Assembly: GCA_964372375.1 (NCBI GenBank)
Contig: CAYJQF010000001.1
Span: 1 to 62,052 of the forward strand
DNA length: 62,052 nucleotides
Origin: Candidatus Woesearchaeota archaeon
Lineage (GTDB): Archaea > Nanobdellota > Nanobdellia > Pacearchaeales > GW2011-AR1
Direction of reading: 5' to 3'
In this document: positions 1-8,587 of the stretch, in pieces
Layout: the number at the start of each line of letters is the position of its first letter
How positions within the stretch are numbered: position 1 is the stretch's first letter
Notes under the pieces: generated by a model
Told to the model about the DNA's origin: nothing
Databases searched by the model: none
What the model saw: only the letters and a program-made list of their open reading frames with translations
Translations under genes and position numbers: made by a program

Positions 1-486
1 TCTGTCTGCTTCAGGAATTTTTCCTTCAAGATTTTTTATTCTTGCTTGAATAATTATAGCACTTCTTTTTGCTTCTGCTGCCTGTTCTGGAGGCAGTTCT
101 TTTTCTGCTTCGCTGGCATATCGTTCATACCTTTTCAGAGATTTTCGTGCGGCATCCACATTTCCCTCTTGAATGCTCGACTCAAGTTCTGCAAATTTCT
201 TTTTTCTATTTTCCTCAGGGTTTCTAAATTTCTCCAAGATTCCTTTTTCAATTCCATAGAACGCGCTGTCAGGCTTGATGCCTACACCAACACCTAAATC
301 TTGCTCAGCAGCATTAGAATCGACGGAGCTTCCATCTGTTTTCACTTCTCCTGGACTGCTTGCATCTGCTGTTGAGGCAGATGTTGAACTATCAGTTGGT
401 GTTGTTTGCTCCTCTGCAAACGCAAAGCTGCTAAGAATAATAGAGAAAATAAACAAAAAGCTGAAAAAAATCAAACCTCTCTTCAT
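1..486 (-). CDS. secreted hypothetical protein, N-terminal 162 codons (gene continues past the left edge)
   Basis: ATG at 486-484 and the frame stays open to nt 1. It is absent from the ORF track because no stop lies in the window. MKRGLIFFSFLFIFSIILSSFAFA is a signal peptide, followed by an S/T/D-rich linker and a charged helical segment. Confidence 0.55.
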   Translation of the reverse strand, partial: MKRGLIFFSFLFIFSIILSSFAFAEEQTTPTDSSTSASTADASSPGEVKTDGSSVDSNAAEQDLGVGVGIKPDSAFYGIEKGILEKFRNPEENRKKKFAELESSIQEGNVDAARKSLKRYERYASEAEKELPPEQAAEAKRSAIIIQARIKNLEGKIPEADR

Positions 487-510
487 TTATCTTCAAATAG
501 ATAATAGTAT

Positions 511-700
511 TTAAGCTTTCTCTTCACCTTCTTCCATGCCTAGTACTCCTTGCTCAAATCCGGGAATGACGGTATGTTTTCCTACCTCAAATGCAAGAGG
601 GTGCGAATGATCGTCATGAGTCGAAGAATCAAATACTTCTCCTGTTTCAAGCCGTCCTTTCATACTCCACTTTAATTTTACTGCCCGGCGTAACTTTCAT
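511..700 (-). pseudogene. FKBP-type peptidyl-prolyl isomerase remnant (frameshifted, C-terminally truncated)
   Basis: The ATG at 700 (TATA-like GTTTATATATG about 27 nt upstream) reads MKVTPGSKIKVEYE and then hits a stop. Shifting +1 at the A-run near 656-661 gives GRLETGEVFDSSTHDDHSHPLAFEVGKHTVIPGFEQGVLGMEEGEEKA*. That is the N-terminal half of an FKBP/SlyD domain, ending where the IPPE..YG strand should follow. 190 nt from ATG to stop is not a multiple of 3. Confidence 0.45.
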
Positions 701-756
701 GCTTTCTCTTCTGAGAGAGCATATATAAACGTTTCCTAGATGCTCGCAAAACTAAA

Positions 757-942
757 TCATATCCAGAACATCCAGATAAACATAAAACAAGTAATAACGA
801 CCAGCCCTGCACGGAAGAGAATAGTTAAAGCAGGGTGTGTTAAGCCGAGGAGCATGCTAGCAAGCGCAAGTATAAAGAGTAAGGCTGCGGGGTCAATGCG
901 TGAACGGATACTCCCTGCACTAAAAGGCCGCATGCGGTACAA
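757..942 (-). CDS. small hydrophobic hypothetical protein (about 2 TM)
   Basis: 61-aa ORF with hydrophobic stretches (LLFILALASMLLGL, LVVITCFMFIWMFWI). A TATA-like TTTAAAAACC sits about 38 nt upstream. The overlapping plus-strand ORF 740-982 looks less protein-like. Confidence 0.3.
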   Translation of the reverse strand: MYRMRPFSAGSIRSRIDPAALLFILALASMLLGLTHPALTILFRAGLVVITCFMFIWMFWI

Positions 943-1006
943 TGCTTTTCTTATATTCTCTGCTGCACAAAACGGTTTTTAAACCCTTTCCACCAGGTAA
1001 GGATAT

Positions 1007-1079
1007 GCCTCTATAGCTCAGTTGGCAGAGTACCGGTTTCGTAAACCGGGGGTCGCGGGTTCAACTCCCGCTAGAGGCT
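1007..1079 (+). tRNA. tRNA-Thr (anticodon CGU)
   Basis: The cloverleaf can be read by eye. Acceptor GCCTCTA/TAGAGGC, D-arm AGCTCAGTTGGCAGAGT, anticodon stem CCGGT/ACCGG with loop TTCGTAA, T-arm GCGGGTTCAACTCCCGC. There is no encoded CCA, which fits the cca gene in this window. Confidence 0.9.
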
Positions 1080-1087
1080 TGTAAATC

Positions 1088-1447
1088 TTAGCTACCCATA
1101 TCATAAACTCCGCTTGTTCCAGTCCTAGAGTTATAAACAAACACCAGTCTACTCTCCTGAGAAAATCTACTCTCCTGAGAAAAACGAGTTTCTTCAGGAG
1201 TAAAGGGTCTACCCGTACACCCTTCATAAAGCTTGCCGAGCTGTGCTACGCTTAAACATTGCGTTCTTAAGCTATATTCTTCATCTCTGCTCATGCGTAC
1301 ACGACGCAGACATGAAATCTTTTTTGTTGAGGGGTGATTATGGGTGTCAGATTCCAGCAATAAGGCCTCAAGTAGATCAATATTAACGTCTCCATTAGGA
1401 AAGAATAAAATCCTCTCGTTTTCTTCTTCAATGATTGCATTGATCAT
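1088..1447 (-). CDS. hypothetical protein (possible HTH segment CLSVAQLGKLY)
   Basis: 119-aa ORF with no recognised family. Its C-terminal part contains the duplicated SRFSQE encoded by the 18-nt tandem repeat. Confidence 0.4.
   Translation of the reverse strand: MINAIIEEENERILFFPNGDVNIDLLEALLLESDTHNHPSTKKISCLRRVRMSRDEEYSLRTQCLSVAQLGKLYEGCTGRPFTPEETRFSQESRFSQESRLVFVYNSRTGTSGVYDMGS
1148..1183. repeat. perfect 18-nt tandem duplication (TCTACTCTCCTGAGAAAA x2)
   Basis: Read directly: 1148-1165 is identical to 1166-1183. It lies 69 nt downstream of the tRNA-Thr 3' end, inside the 3' part of ORF 1088-1447. Confidence 0.95.
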
Positions 1448-1603
1448 TTTCTCAGATATTACATCGAATATAAATAGATGATGGTGTTACATAGTTCTCT
1501 CAATTATCTACTTTACCAGAGGTAAATTTTACAAAGAAGACATTACAGCAATCTTTATAAAAACCAATTACACCTATCCAGCTAACTGTATAAAGAGGAA
1601 ATT

Positions 1604-1891
1604 ATGGGAAGCAATATAGACTTACGAAAATACCAGGATCCTTCATCTATACAGGAGGCGTTTTCAAAAGTGGTTTCAGGCAGATCAGGGTATAAAGCAG
1701 TCATTGAACGTAAGAAAATTCCTCCTACATGCAGTACCTGCGGCAAAGGAGGAGATGATGGACAGAAATTCTGCCCGCACTGTGGCGGCAAAATGGCGAT
1801 TCCTTTAACCAATTGCCCTGGTTGCAAAAAGCCGATTGACGAAGGGGCGAAGTTTTGTACTGAGTGTGGTCATCAGCTGCGTCAGGCATAA
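1604..1891 (+). CDS. double zinc-ribbon protein
   Basis: 95 aa with CSTCG..FCPHCG and CPGCK..FCTECG, i.e. two CxxC..CxxC knuckle pairs. A TATA-like CTTTATAAAAA lies upstream. Confidence 0.7.
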   Translation: MGSNIDLRKYQDPSSIQEAFSKVVSGRSGYKAVIERKKIPPTCSTCGKGGDDGQKFCPHCGGKMAIPLTNCPGCKKPIDEGAKFCTECGHQLRQA

Positions 1892-1952
1892 CGTATTATG
1901 CCTCTATCCTTCACAGGCATAGTTTTATTAACATTTTTTTTCTTATACTCAC

Positions 1953-3626
1953 ATGAAAGAGATTATTGCAAAAATGCTTGCTGAAGCAACAGGTCTTGCT
2001 CCAGGAAACATCATCGCTTTGCTGGAAGTGCCTAAAGATACTTCTCACGGCGATTATTCATTGCCTTGTTTCATGCTCTCAAAGATCTATCGGAAAAATC
2101 CCAAAGAGATTGCTTCAGAATTAGCGGAGAAAGTAGAACTGTCAAAAGAAATTACTAAAGTAGAAGCAGCCGGCCCCTACCTCAATTTTACTCTTAATAA
2201 GGCTCTTTTTACAGAGCAGGTGCTCAAGCAGATTGTAAAGCAAAAAGAGAAATATGGTTCGTCAAAAGAGGGGAAAGGGAAAACGATAGTTATAGAATTC
2301 TCTTCTCCTAATATAGCAAAGCCCTTTGGTATTGGCCATCTGCGTTCAACAATTATAGGCAATGCGCTGGCACGGCTTGCTTCTTTCCAAGGCTATAAAG
2401 TAAAAAAAATTAATTACCTTGGCGATTGGGGCACTCAATTTGGCAAGTTGTTGCTAGGGTATAGAAAGTGGGGAAATGAGAAAAAATTACAGGCAAATCC
2501 CACTAAACATCTGCTTGATTTATATGTAAAAGTAAGCGCAGACAAATCCCTAGAAGAGGAAGCGCGTCTCGAATTTCAGAAGCTAGAAAAAGGAGAGGCC
2601 TCTGCTTTGCGTTTATGGAGCAAGTTCAGGAAACTCAGCTTGCACGCTTTCAAAGAGATCTATCAGCAGCTAGGAGTTTCGTTTGATGTCTGGACGGGCG
2701 AGTCTGAGTACCAAAAAAGGGAAATATCTAAAGTCATGCATCTACTGAAAGAAAAAGACCTGCTTAAGGAAAGCGAAGGGGCATTGATAGTTGATCTAGA
2801 ATCACACGGTTTAGGCGTATGCTTGATTGAAAAAAGTGATGGCTCTACTCTCTATGCCACCAGAGACATTGCAGCAGCCCTTGACAGACACACAAAATAT
2901 GCTTTTGACACTATGCTCTATGAAGTAGGAGCAGAACAGAAGTTGCACTTTAAGCAAGTGTTTAAAGTTCTTACTTTGCTCGGCTTTCCCTGGGCATCTA
3001 CCTGTAGACACATTGAGCACGGATTATATTTAGACGTTGATGGAAAAAAATTTGCAACACGAAAAGGAAAAACAATGTTTATGGAAAATATTCTTGCTGA
3101 AACAAGAAGATTAGCAGAGAAAGAGATTTTGAAGAGGGAAAAAGTTAGTAGAAAAGAGCTGGAAAAAAGAGCAGCAGCAATTGCTCGCGCTGCTATTCTA
3201 TTTGGAGACTTGAAAAACTACCGAGCGCATGATATGGTTTTTGACCTGGATAGGTTCGTGCTTTTTGAAGGGGATACTGGCCCGTACCTACTCTATACCT
3301 ATGCTCGAGCTCAGAGCATACTGAAAAAAGCAAAAAAGAGTGCAAGTACAGGTACCTCAGGCATACTCTCTCAAGTTGAGCAGGCTCTTCTTGTTCAGCT
3401 TGCTCAATTTCCAGGAATAATGGAAAAAGCGCACAGAGAGCATGCGCCTAATTATATTGCACACTATGCTCTTACTTTGGCACAGTCTTTCAATTCCTTC
3501 TACCATTCAGAGCAAGTAATTGGAAGCAAACAAGAATCATTTAAAGTAGGAGTGGTAAAGGCAACAGCTCAAGTGCTTAAGAATGCTCTGAGTTTGTTGG
3601 GCATTCCCGTGCTTGAACGCATGTAA
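1953..3626 (+). CDS. argS: arginyl-tRNA synthetase
   Basis: 557 aa. Class I HIGH-region variant (PFGIGHLRS), an N-terminal Arg-tRNA-binding-like domain and a C-terminal DALR-type anticodon-binding pattern. Confidence 0.93.
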   Translation: MKEIIAKMLAEATGLAPGNIIALLEVPKDTSHGDYSLPCFMLSKIYRKNPKEIASELAEKVELSKEITKVEAAGPYLNFTLNKALFTEQVLKQIVKQKEKYGSSKEGKGKTIVIEFSSPNIAKPFGIGHLRSTIIGNALARLASFQGYKVKKINYLGDWGTQFGKLLLGYRKWGNEKKLQANPTKHLLDLYVKVSADKSLEEEARLEFQKLEKGEASALRLWSKFRKLSLHAFKEIYQQLGVSFDVWTGESEYQKREISKVMHLLKEKDLLKESEGALIVDLESHGLGVCLIEKSDGSTLYATRDIAAALDRHTKYAFDTMLYEVGAEQKLHFKQVFKVLTLLGFPWASTCRHIEHGLYLDVDGKKFATRKGKTMFMENILAETRRLAEKEILKREKVSRKELEKRAAAIARAAILFGDLKNYRAHDMVFDLDRFVLFEGDTGPYLLYTYARAQSILKKAKKSASTGTSGILSQVEQALLVQLAQFPGIMEKAHREHAPNYIAHYALTLAQSFNSFYHSEQVIGSKQESFKVGVVKATAQVLKNALSLLGIPVLERM

Positions 3627-3660
3627 TAAGATTTAAATAACTCTTATTCTCACTAAAAGT

Positions 3661-3828
3661 GTGAGTATCACTCTTGTACTTCTCAGTATGACTCTGCTGC
3701 TAATAGTAGTATTAGCGGTACTTCTCGTGCTGACTGCTTCAAACCGGCAGTCAAAGTTAAAACAGATGAAGGGTAAGCACGATTTGGTAAAGATTAAATC
3801 GCATATTACTGATTCAGAAGACTTTTGA
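3661..3828 (+). CDS. possible small single-pass membrane protein (55 aa)
   Basis: GTG at 3661 lies about 25 nt after the TATA-like ATTTAAATAA (3631-3640); an in-frame ATG is at 3688. The product reads ..MTLLLIVVLAVLLVLTASNRQSKLKQMKGKHD... It falls below the ORF-track size cutoff. Confidence 0.3.
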   Translation: MSITLVLLSMTLLLIVVLAVLLVLTASNRQSKLKQMKGKHDLVKIKSHITDSEDF

Positions 3829-3837
3829 AAACGATAC

Positions 3838-3848
3838 TCTTAAATACC
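3838..3848 (+). promoter_or_regulatory. TATA-like box for SRP RNA
   Basis: TCTTAAATACC is centred about 26 nt upstream of the predicted SRP RNA 5' end. The same motif class recurs upstream of many genes in the window. Confidence 0.55.
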
Positions 3849-3868
3849 TTACATAAACTCATTTTGTG

Positions 3869-4127
3869 GTAGACGAGTCGGCACGCTTGCCCCGTGCCAT
3901 CACACAAACGGGCATCATGGTGGACTTAAAGGAGCGCGTGACGCAGCGGCACGTCAGTCTTATGCCAGACGTTGACGTTTTGTCCTGTTCGATCGTGCTC
4001 CTGCGAATCGGGTCAGGTCAGGAATGAAGCAGCCCTAAACAGGACGCATGGTGCTTGCAGGGAAGCAAAACCGAGGAAGGTATGAGGGTTCTGTCGTACT
4101 CAAGCGAGGCAAACTCCCCGTCTACAA
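3869..4127 (+). ncRNA. ffs: signal recognition particle RNA (archaeal 7S/SRP RNA)
   Basis: The universal helix-8 signature GGTCAGGTCAGGAATGAAGCAGCC is at 4011-4034, including the GGAA tetraloop. 5' GTAGACG (3869-3875) pairs with 3' CGTCTAC (4119-4125). The region is GC-rich and has no ORF. The exact ends are uncertain by about 10 nt. Confidence 0.8.
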
Positions 4128-4143
4128 ACTCTAAAAGAGTTTG
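4125..4143 (+). other. perfect 8-bp hairpin at the SRP RNA 3' end
   Basis: CAAACTCT-AAA-AGAGTTTG. A second hairpin, CTTGAG..CTCAAG, follows. This may be a 3' end or processing structure. Confidence 0.4.
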
Positions 4144-4229
4144 TATGGCTTGAGCTTCAAAGAAACTCAAGGTCTACACTTTATTTATTTCTTAGCAACC
4201 TATAAAAACATCCAATCTCTCTTTTGTTC

Positions 4230-4766
4230 ATGAACAAAAGAGCCCAGTTTTTTCTCATTGCAGCACTGATTATTGCAATGGTTATTCTAGCGCTTGGTCA
4301 GGTATATACAAAGAGCACCATCACACAGTATCAAGAAGTAGTCTACGATCTCTCAAACGAAGTTTATTATGAAACTTCACAAGTTATTGATAATGGCATT
4401 CTCCATGAACGGCCTCATGAAAAGATTGTTGCAGACATTAAGAATTTAACTTCATATTATGCCCGTCTTAATCCAGATAGCGATATTGTGCTTTTGTATG
4501 GCGATGATACACAAGTGACTGAAATAGCATACGATGGAGCTCAGAGAGCCCTTAAAAGTAATCCAGTGCTCACGAATAGGAATTCTGGAGAAAGTGATGA
4601 AAAAAAAGTAAAGATAGATATCATTCCCATTAATACCAAGGAGGCAGATAACAGCAAAGGAAAACTAGAGCGCATCACTCGGGAGTTCACTATTAAGAAA
4701 GGCCAGAATTTCTATGTGGTTATTAGAAAAAAGATTCATAATGAACAGTTTGTGGTTACACGATAA
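4230..4766 (+). CDS. type IV pilin-like protein (class III signal peptide)
   Basis: MNKRAQFFLIAALIIAMVILALGQVY has a short basic leader, then A/Q, then a hydrophobic helix. The ATG at 4230 lies 26 nt after TATAAAAA (4201-4208). The ORF-track start at 4224 is a TTG. Confidence 0.6.
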   Translation: MNKRAQFFLIAALIIAMVILALGQVYTKSTITQYQEVVYDLSNEVYYETSQVIDNGILHERPHEKIVADIKNLTSYYARLNPDSDIVLLYGDDTQVTEIAYDGAQRALKSNPVLTNRNSGESDEKKVKIDIIPINTKEADNSKGKLERITREFTIKKGQNFYVVIRKKIHNEQFVVTR

Positions 4767-5289
4767 AAAAGCAGTAAGCGAGATGGTAAGCTACGCAGTA
4801 CTCATAATAATTGCTATTGGCTTAAGCGTTCTGGTCTATGCGTATCTACAAGTATATGTTCCTAAAGAAAAAGCAACGTGTCCAAGCGATGTTGCGCTCA
4901 TTGTACAGGAATACACGTGTACGGCAAGCAAAACAATAGGACAGGCAAATCTTACTCTTACACTGCTCAACAAGGGGTTTTTTACTCTCGATACAGTCTA
5001 TCTTCGTGTTGGTCCAGAAGAGCGACGTATTAAAGAGTTGATAAATGATCCAAATAGTGCGGTGAGTAGCTCTGCAATCGCTTATGACAATTTTTATTTG
5101 TTCTGGATTGATGAGAATAATACAAAGCGCCAAGGGCTTCCTCCAGGAAAAACATATCAGAGAACGTACCATCCAAAGCTTAATCAATCAGGCACGTACG
5201 GTCTCGAAGTCCAGCCAGCTCTGTTGAGGAAGGGCAAGCTGGTGTTGTGTGAACGGGCAGTTACGACGCAAACACTTAGCTGCTCCTGA
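4741..5289 (+). CDS. archaeal pilin N-terminal-domain protein
   Basis: MNSLWLHDKKAVSEMVSYAVLIIIAIGLSVLVY resembles the archaeal pilin/archaellin N-terminal motif (K-[GA]-VS..hydrophobic). It overlaps the preceding pilin-like gene by 26 nt. Confidence 0.6.
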   Translation: MNSLWLHDKKAVSEMVSYAVLIIIAIGLSVLVYAYLQVYVPKEKATCPSDVALIVQEYTCTASKTIGQANLTLTLLNKGFFTLDTVYLRVGPEERRIKELINDPNSAVSSSAIAYDNFYLFWIDENNTKRQGLPPGKTYQRTYHPKLNQSGTYGLEVQPALLRKGKLVLCERAVTTQTLSCS

Positions 5290-5327
5290 GCAATAATCTA
5301 TATATAACGCGCACACTCCGAGTTTCT

Positions 5328-6476
5328 ATGAAATTTGCACACATGGGAGATTGTCATTTGGGAGGCTGGAGGCAACCAGAACTAAGAGAACTAAACTTTA
5401 AATCGTTTCAGTATGCTGTAGCTGCCTGCATTCGAGAGCAGGTTGACTTTATTTTGGTTACCGGCGATCTCTTTGATTCAGCATATCCCTCTATTGACAC
5501 CTTAAAAGAAACGTTCAATGAATTCAGGAAATTAAAAGAAGTAAAGATTCCGGTATTTCTCATTGCAGGCAGTCATGATTATTCTGCTTCAGGAAAAACC
5601 TTTCTTGACGTTCTGGAACATGCCGGTTTTTGTAAAAATGTAGCTGTTTTTGAGGAGCACAAGGGAACTCTTATGTTGCATCCAACTTTGTATAAAAACA
5701 TAGCAATCTATGGCTATCCAGGCAAGAAGTCTGGACTTGAGGTTGAGGAGATTGCTCGAATAAAATTGCACGATGCTCCTGGCATGTTTAAAATCTTAAT
5801 GTTGCATACAGCTCTGCGGGACGCAGTAGGCAGTTTGCCTATTCCTGCGGTTGATGAGCAAAAGTTGCCGAAGGTCGACTACTTGGCACTTTCACATCTT
5901 CATGTGACCTATCAGAGGGAAAACAGAGTGTATTCAGGTCCTCTGTTTCCAAACAATCTCCTTGAACTTGAAGAGCTGCAAGGAGGTTCTTTCTACATTA
6001 TTGACAACGGCCGGATTAGAAGAGAAACAATAAAGCTTAAAGAGATAGTATCAGTTCACGTAGAAATAACAGATGCTTTAACTGCTGTCTCACAGATTCT
6101 CTCTGTTTTAGAGAAGCAGGCGTTTAAAGATAAAATCGTTATTCTTCACATTTCCGGAATTCTCGCAAAGGGAAGATTGGCAGATATTGATTTTTCAAAG
6201 ATAGAACAAGCGATCAGAAAAAAGGGAGCGTTTTCATTTATTAAGAGCACTACAAAGCTTCATCATTCGGATGCAGTTATAGAATTTGAGGCATCTGATA
6301 CGGGAAACCTCGAGATAGAGATTATCAATAAATTTACTAGTACGTATCCAAGCAAATACAATGTTCTTATTCCCGAGCTTCTGAAAGCGCTACAACTTGA
6401 GCAAATGGTCGAAGAAAAGGCCACGACCTTTGAAGAACGCTTATATGGAGAAGTAAAGAGGACGCTCGAACTATGA
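5328..6476 (+). CDS. mre11: DNA double-strand break repair nuclease Mre11
   Basis: Calcineurin-like phosphoesterase motifs GDCHLG, VTGDLFD, GSHD and HLH. It is followed by rad50 with a 4-nt overlap. TATA TATATATAA lies 25 nt upstream. Confidence 0.9.
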   Translation: MKFAHMGDCHLGGWRQPELRELNFKSFQYAVAACIREQVDFILVTGDLFDSAYPSIDTLKETFNEFRKLKEVKIPVFLIAGSHDYSASGKTFLDVLEHAGFCKNVAVFEEHKGTLMLHPTLYKNIAIYGYPGKKSGLEVEEIARIKLHDAPGMFKILMLHTALRDAVGSLPIPAVDEQKLPKVDYLALSHLHVTYQRENRVYSGPLFPNNLLELEELQGGSFYIIDNGRIRRETIKLKEIVSVHVEITDALTAVSQILSVLEKQAFKDKIVILHISGILAKGRLADIDFSKIEQAIRKKGAFSFIKSTTKLHHSDAVIEFEASDTGNLEIEIINKFTSTYPSKYNVLIPELLKALQLEQMVEEKATTFEERLYGEVKRTLEL

Positions 6477-8542
6477 AAATAAAAAAGATTATCCTTAAGA
6501 ATATTCGTAGTTATGAGGACCAGGAAGTGACATTTCCGGAAGGAACAGTATTACTCTCAGGCACAGTGGGTTCAGGAAAAACTTCGCTCTTGCTGGCAGT
6601 AGAGTACGCTTTGTTTGGTTTGCAAGCAGGACAGAAGGGATCCGCACTCATAAGAAATGAGGCTGAAGATGCTGCAGTTACGCTTGAGTGCGAAATTGAA
6701 GGTCAGGAAATAATCGTTGAAAGAGGTTTGAAAAGAGATGTAAAATCAGTTACAAGCGACTTTGCAGCAATTACTCACAAGGGGAAACGAATTGAATGTT
6801 CTACTACAGAATTGAAAACACGCATATTAGATATTCTCGGGTATCCTTCAGAGTTTGTTAAAAGAAACAATCTACTCTATAAATATACAGTATATACACC
6901 ACAAGAGCAGATGAAACAGATTATCTTGGAAGACAGCGACACGCGATTTTCAGTATTAAGGCATATCTTCGGGATTGATAAATATAAAGTCATTCATGAG
7001 AATGCTCTGCGCATTAGCGCGCAGCTGAAAGATGAAATAAAGACAGTACAAGCAGAAGTACGACTTATTGAACAGGATAAAGCGCTTTATGAATCGGTAC
7101 AGCAGCGAATAAAGATAGTTGCTGAAAGCAAAATAATAACTGAGAAGAAGCTAGAGGAGAAAATGCTTATACGAAAAAAGCTTGAGCAGGAGGCAAAAGA
7201 GATAGAAAAGCAGATTCGTGAAAAAGAGAGACTTGAAAAAGAGATAGAAAAGACAAAGATTCTTACTTCTTCGAAAAGAGAAGCACTTGCCATACTCGAG
7301 AAAGAAGAGTATGAGCTCAAAAAGAATCTTTCAGAAGCAAACGTTTCTTTCGATGAAAAAAAGCACACTTCTTTGCTTGACGCTCTTAAAGAAAGAAAGC
7401 ACACGCTTGAGATACTCAATGAAGACTACATTAAAATGGTAAGTTCTTTGCACACGCTTGATTCTTTCTTTAATGAGCTGGTAGATAAGAAAGAACGTAT
7501 TTTTATGATTCAAATCTGTCCAACGTGTTTGCAGGATGTACCGCCAGCACACAAGCATAACATACTCAACGATACGGAGAAAAGACTCGCTGAACTCAAG
7601 AAGCAGCACACAGTTTTAGAAGCAAAGCGTACAAAGATTCAGGCAGAGCTCTCAAAAGAGAGAGACCTGCTCAGTAAGCTTGAGCAAGAGAGCACGGCCT
7701 ATGAGATTATACGCTCGAAGCAGACTTTTCTTATGCAGACAAGCAAGAAAATTGAGGAAGTTATGAAGCTACAGAAGACTCTTACCCAGGATCTTGATCT
7801 TTTACAAAAACACTTGCTTTCTTTGAAGGAACAAATATTCAAGCTTGCTCCTTTTGACATTCGCTATAAGCGTAAAGCTGAGGAACTCAAGAAATCATTC
7901 GTGGAAGAGAAACATGCAGAAATCGAACGTGCTGAGCTTAATACAGAGGTTATGCTGTTACAGCAGGAAGCGGTGAGACTTCAGGAACTTCTCAGGACGA
8001 GAGAAGAAGCACGGAAACAGCTTACTAAACTTACTGATTTGAATGACTGGCTTTCAAATCAGTTTCTTGTCTTAGTTAGTTTTATAGAGAAGCAAGTTAT
8101 GTTAAAGCTAAGGGTAGAGTTCTCTCGTCTTTTTAGCACGTGGTTTACCATGATTGGAGGAGATGCATTCATAGTTCAGTTAGATGAGAATTTTACGCCG
8201 ATTATCATTCAAGGGGGTGTTGAAATGGAGTATGCCTTTCTCTCAGGAGGTGAGCGCACCGCAGTTGCGTTGGCGTATAGACTTGCCTTAAACCAAACGA
8301 TCAATTCTGTTCATAGTAGTATAAGGACAAAAGATATTATCATTCTCGATGAACCGACGGAAGGTTTTTCCGAAGCACAAATTGACAAGATGCGAGACAT
8401 TCTAGAGCAATTAAAAGTCAAACAGCTCATCCTCGTCAGCCATGAGCCAAAAATAGAAAGCTTTGTTGATCATATCTTACGCGTTAAGAAGGAAGGAAAT
8501 ACTTCACATATTGAGCTCATACAAGCAAACCACAAACCTTAA
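6473..8542 (+). CDS. rad50: DNA repair ATPase Rad50 (short coiled-coil form, 689 aa)
   Basis: Walker A GTVGSGKTS, central CPTC zinc hook, signature LSGGERTAVALAYRLAL, Walker B IIILDEPT. The middle is a long K/E-rich coiled coil. Confidence 0.9.
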   Translation: MKIKKIILKNIRSYEDQEVTFPEGTVLLSGTVGSGKTSLLLAVEYALFGLQAGQKGSALIRNEAEDAAVTLECEIEGQEIIVERGLKRDVKSVTSDFAAITHKGKRIECSTTELKTRILDILGYPSEFVKRNNLLYKYTVYTPQEQMKQIILEDSDTRFSVLRHIFGIDKYKVIHENALRISAQLKDEIKTVQAEVRLIEQDKALYESVQQRIKIVAESKIITEKKLEEKMLIRKKLEQEAKEIEKQIREKERLEKEIEKTKILTSSKREALAILEKEEYELKKNLSEANVSFDEKKHTSLLDALKERKHTLEILNEDYIKMVSSLHTLDSFFNELVDKKERIFMIQICPTCLQDVPPAHKHNILNDTEKRLAELKKQHTVLEAKRTKIQAELSKERDLLSKLEQESTAYEIIRSKQTFLMQTSKKIEEVMKLQKTLTQDLDLLQKHLLSLKEQIFKLAPFDIRYKRKAEELKKSFVEEKHAEIERAELNTEVMLLQQEAVRLQELLRTREEARKQLTKLTDLNDWLSNQFLVLVSFIEKQVMLKLRVEFSRLFSTWFTMIGGDAFIVQLDENFTPIIIQGGVEMEYAFLSGGERTAVALAYRLALNQTINSVHSSIRTKDIIILDEPTEGFSEAQIDKMRDILEQLKVKQLILVSHEPKIESFVDHILRVKKEGNTSHIELIQANHKP

Positions 8543-8587
8543 ATACTTCTCTTCTAGCTGTATTACGTACTAGAGGCTTTCTCTTCT

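Noticed and set aside
46-514. Plus-strand ORFs 46-297 and 275-514
   Set aside because: Their products are low-complexity and Cys/Phe-rich. The minus strand carries a convincing signal-peptide protein that stays open to the window edge.
1007-1079. tRNA-Thr as the attachment site of an integrated element
   Set aside because: There is no integrase, no duplicated tRNA 3' fragment and no clear compositional island adjacent to it. It is kept only as a low-interest note.
7087-7609. Two minus-strand ORFs (110 and 92 aa) inside rad50
   Set aside because: They are antisense to the K/E-rich coiled-coil coding region. The low-complexity S/F-rich products are an artefact of GAA/AAG-rich sequence.
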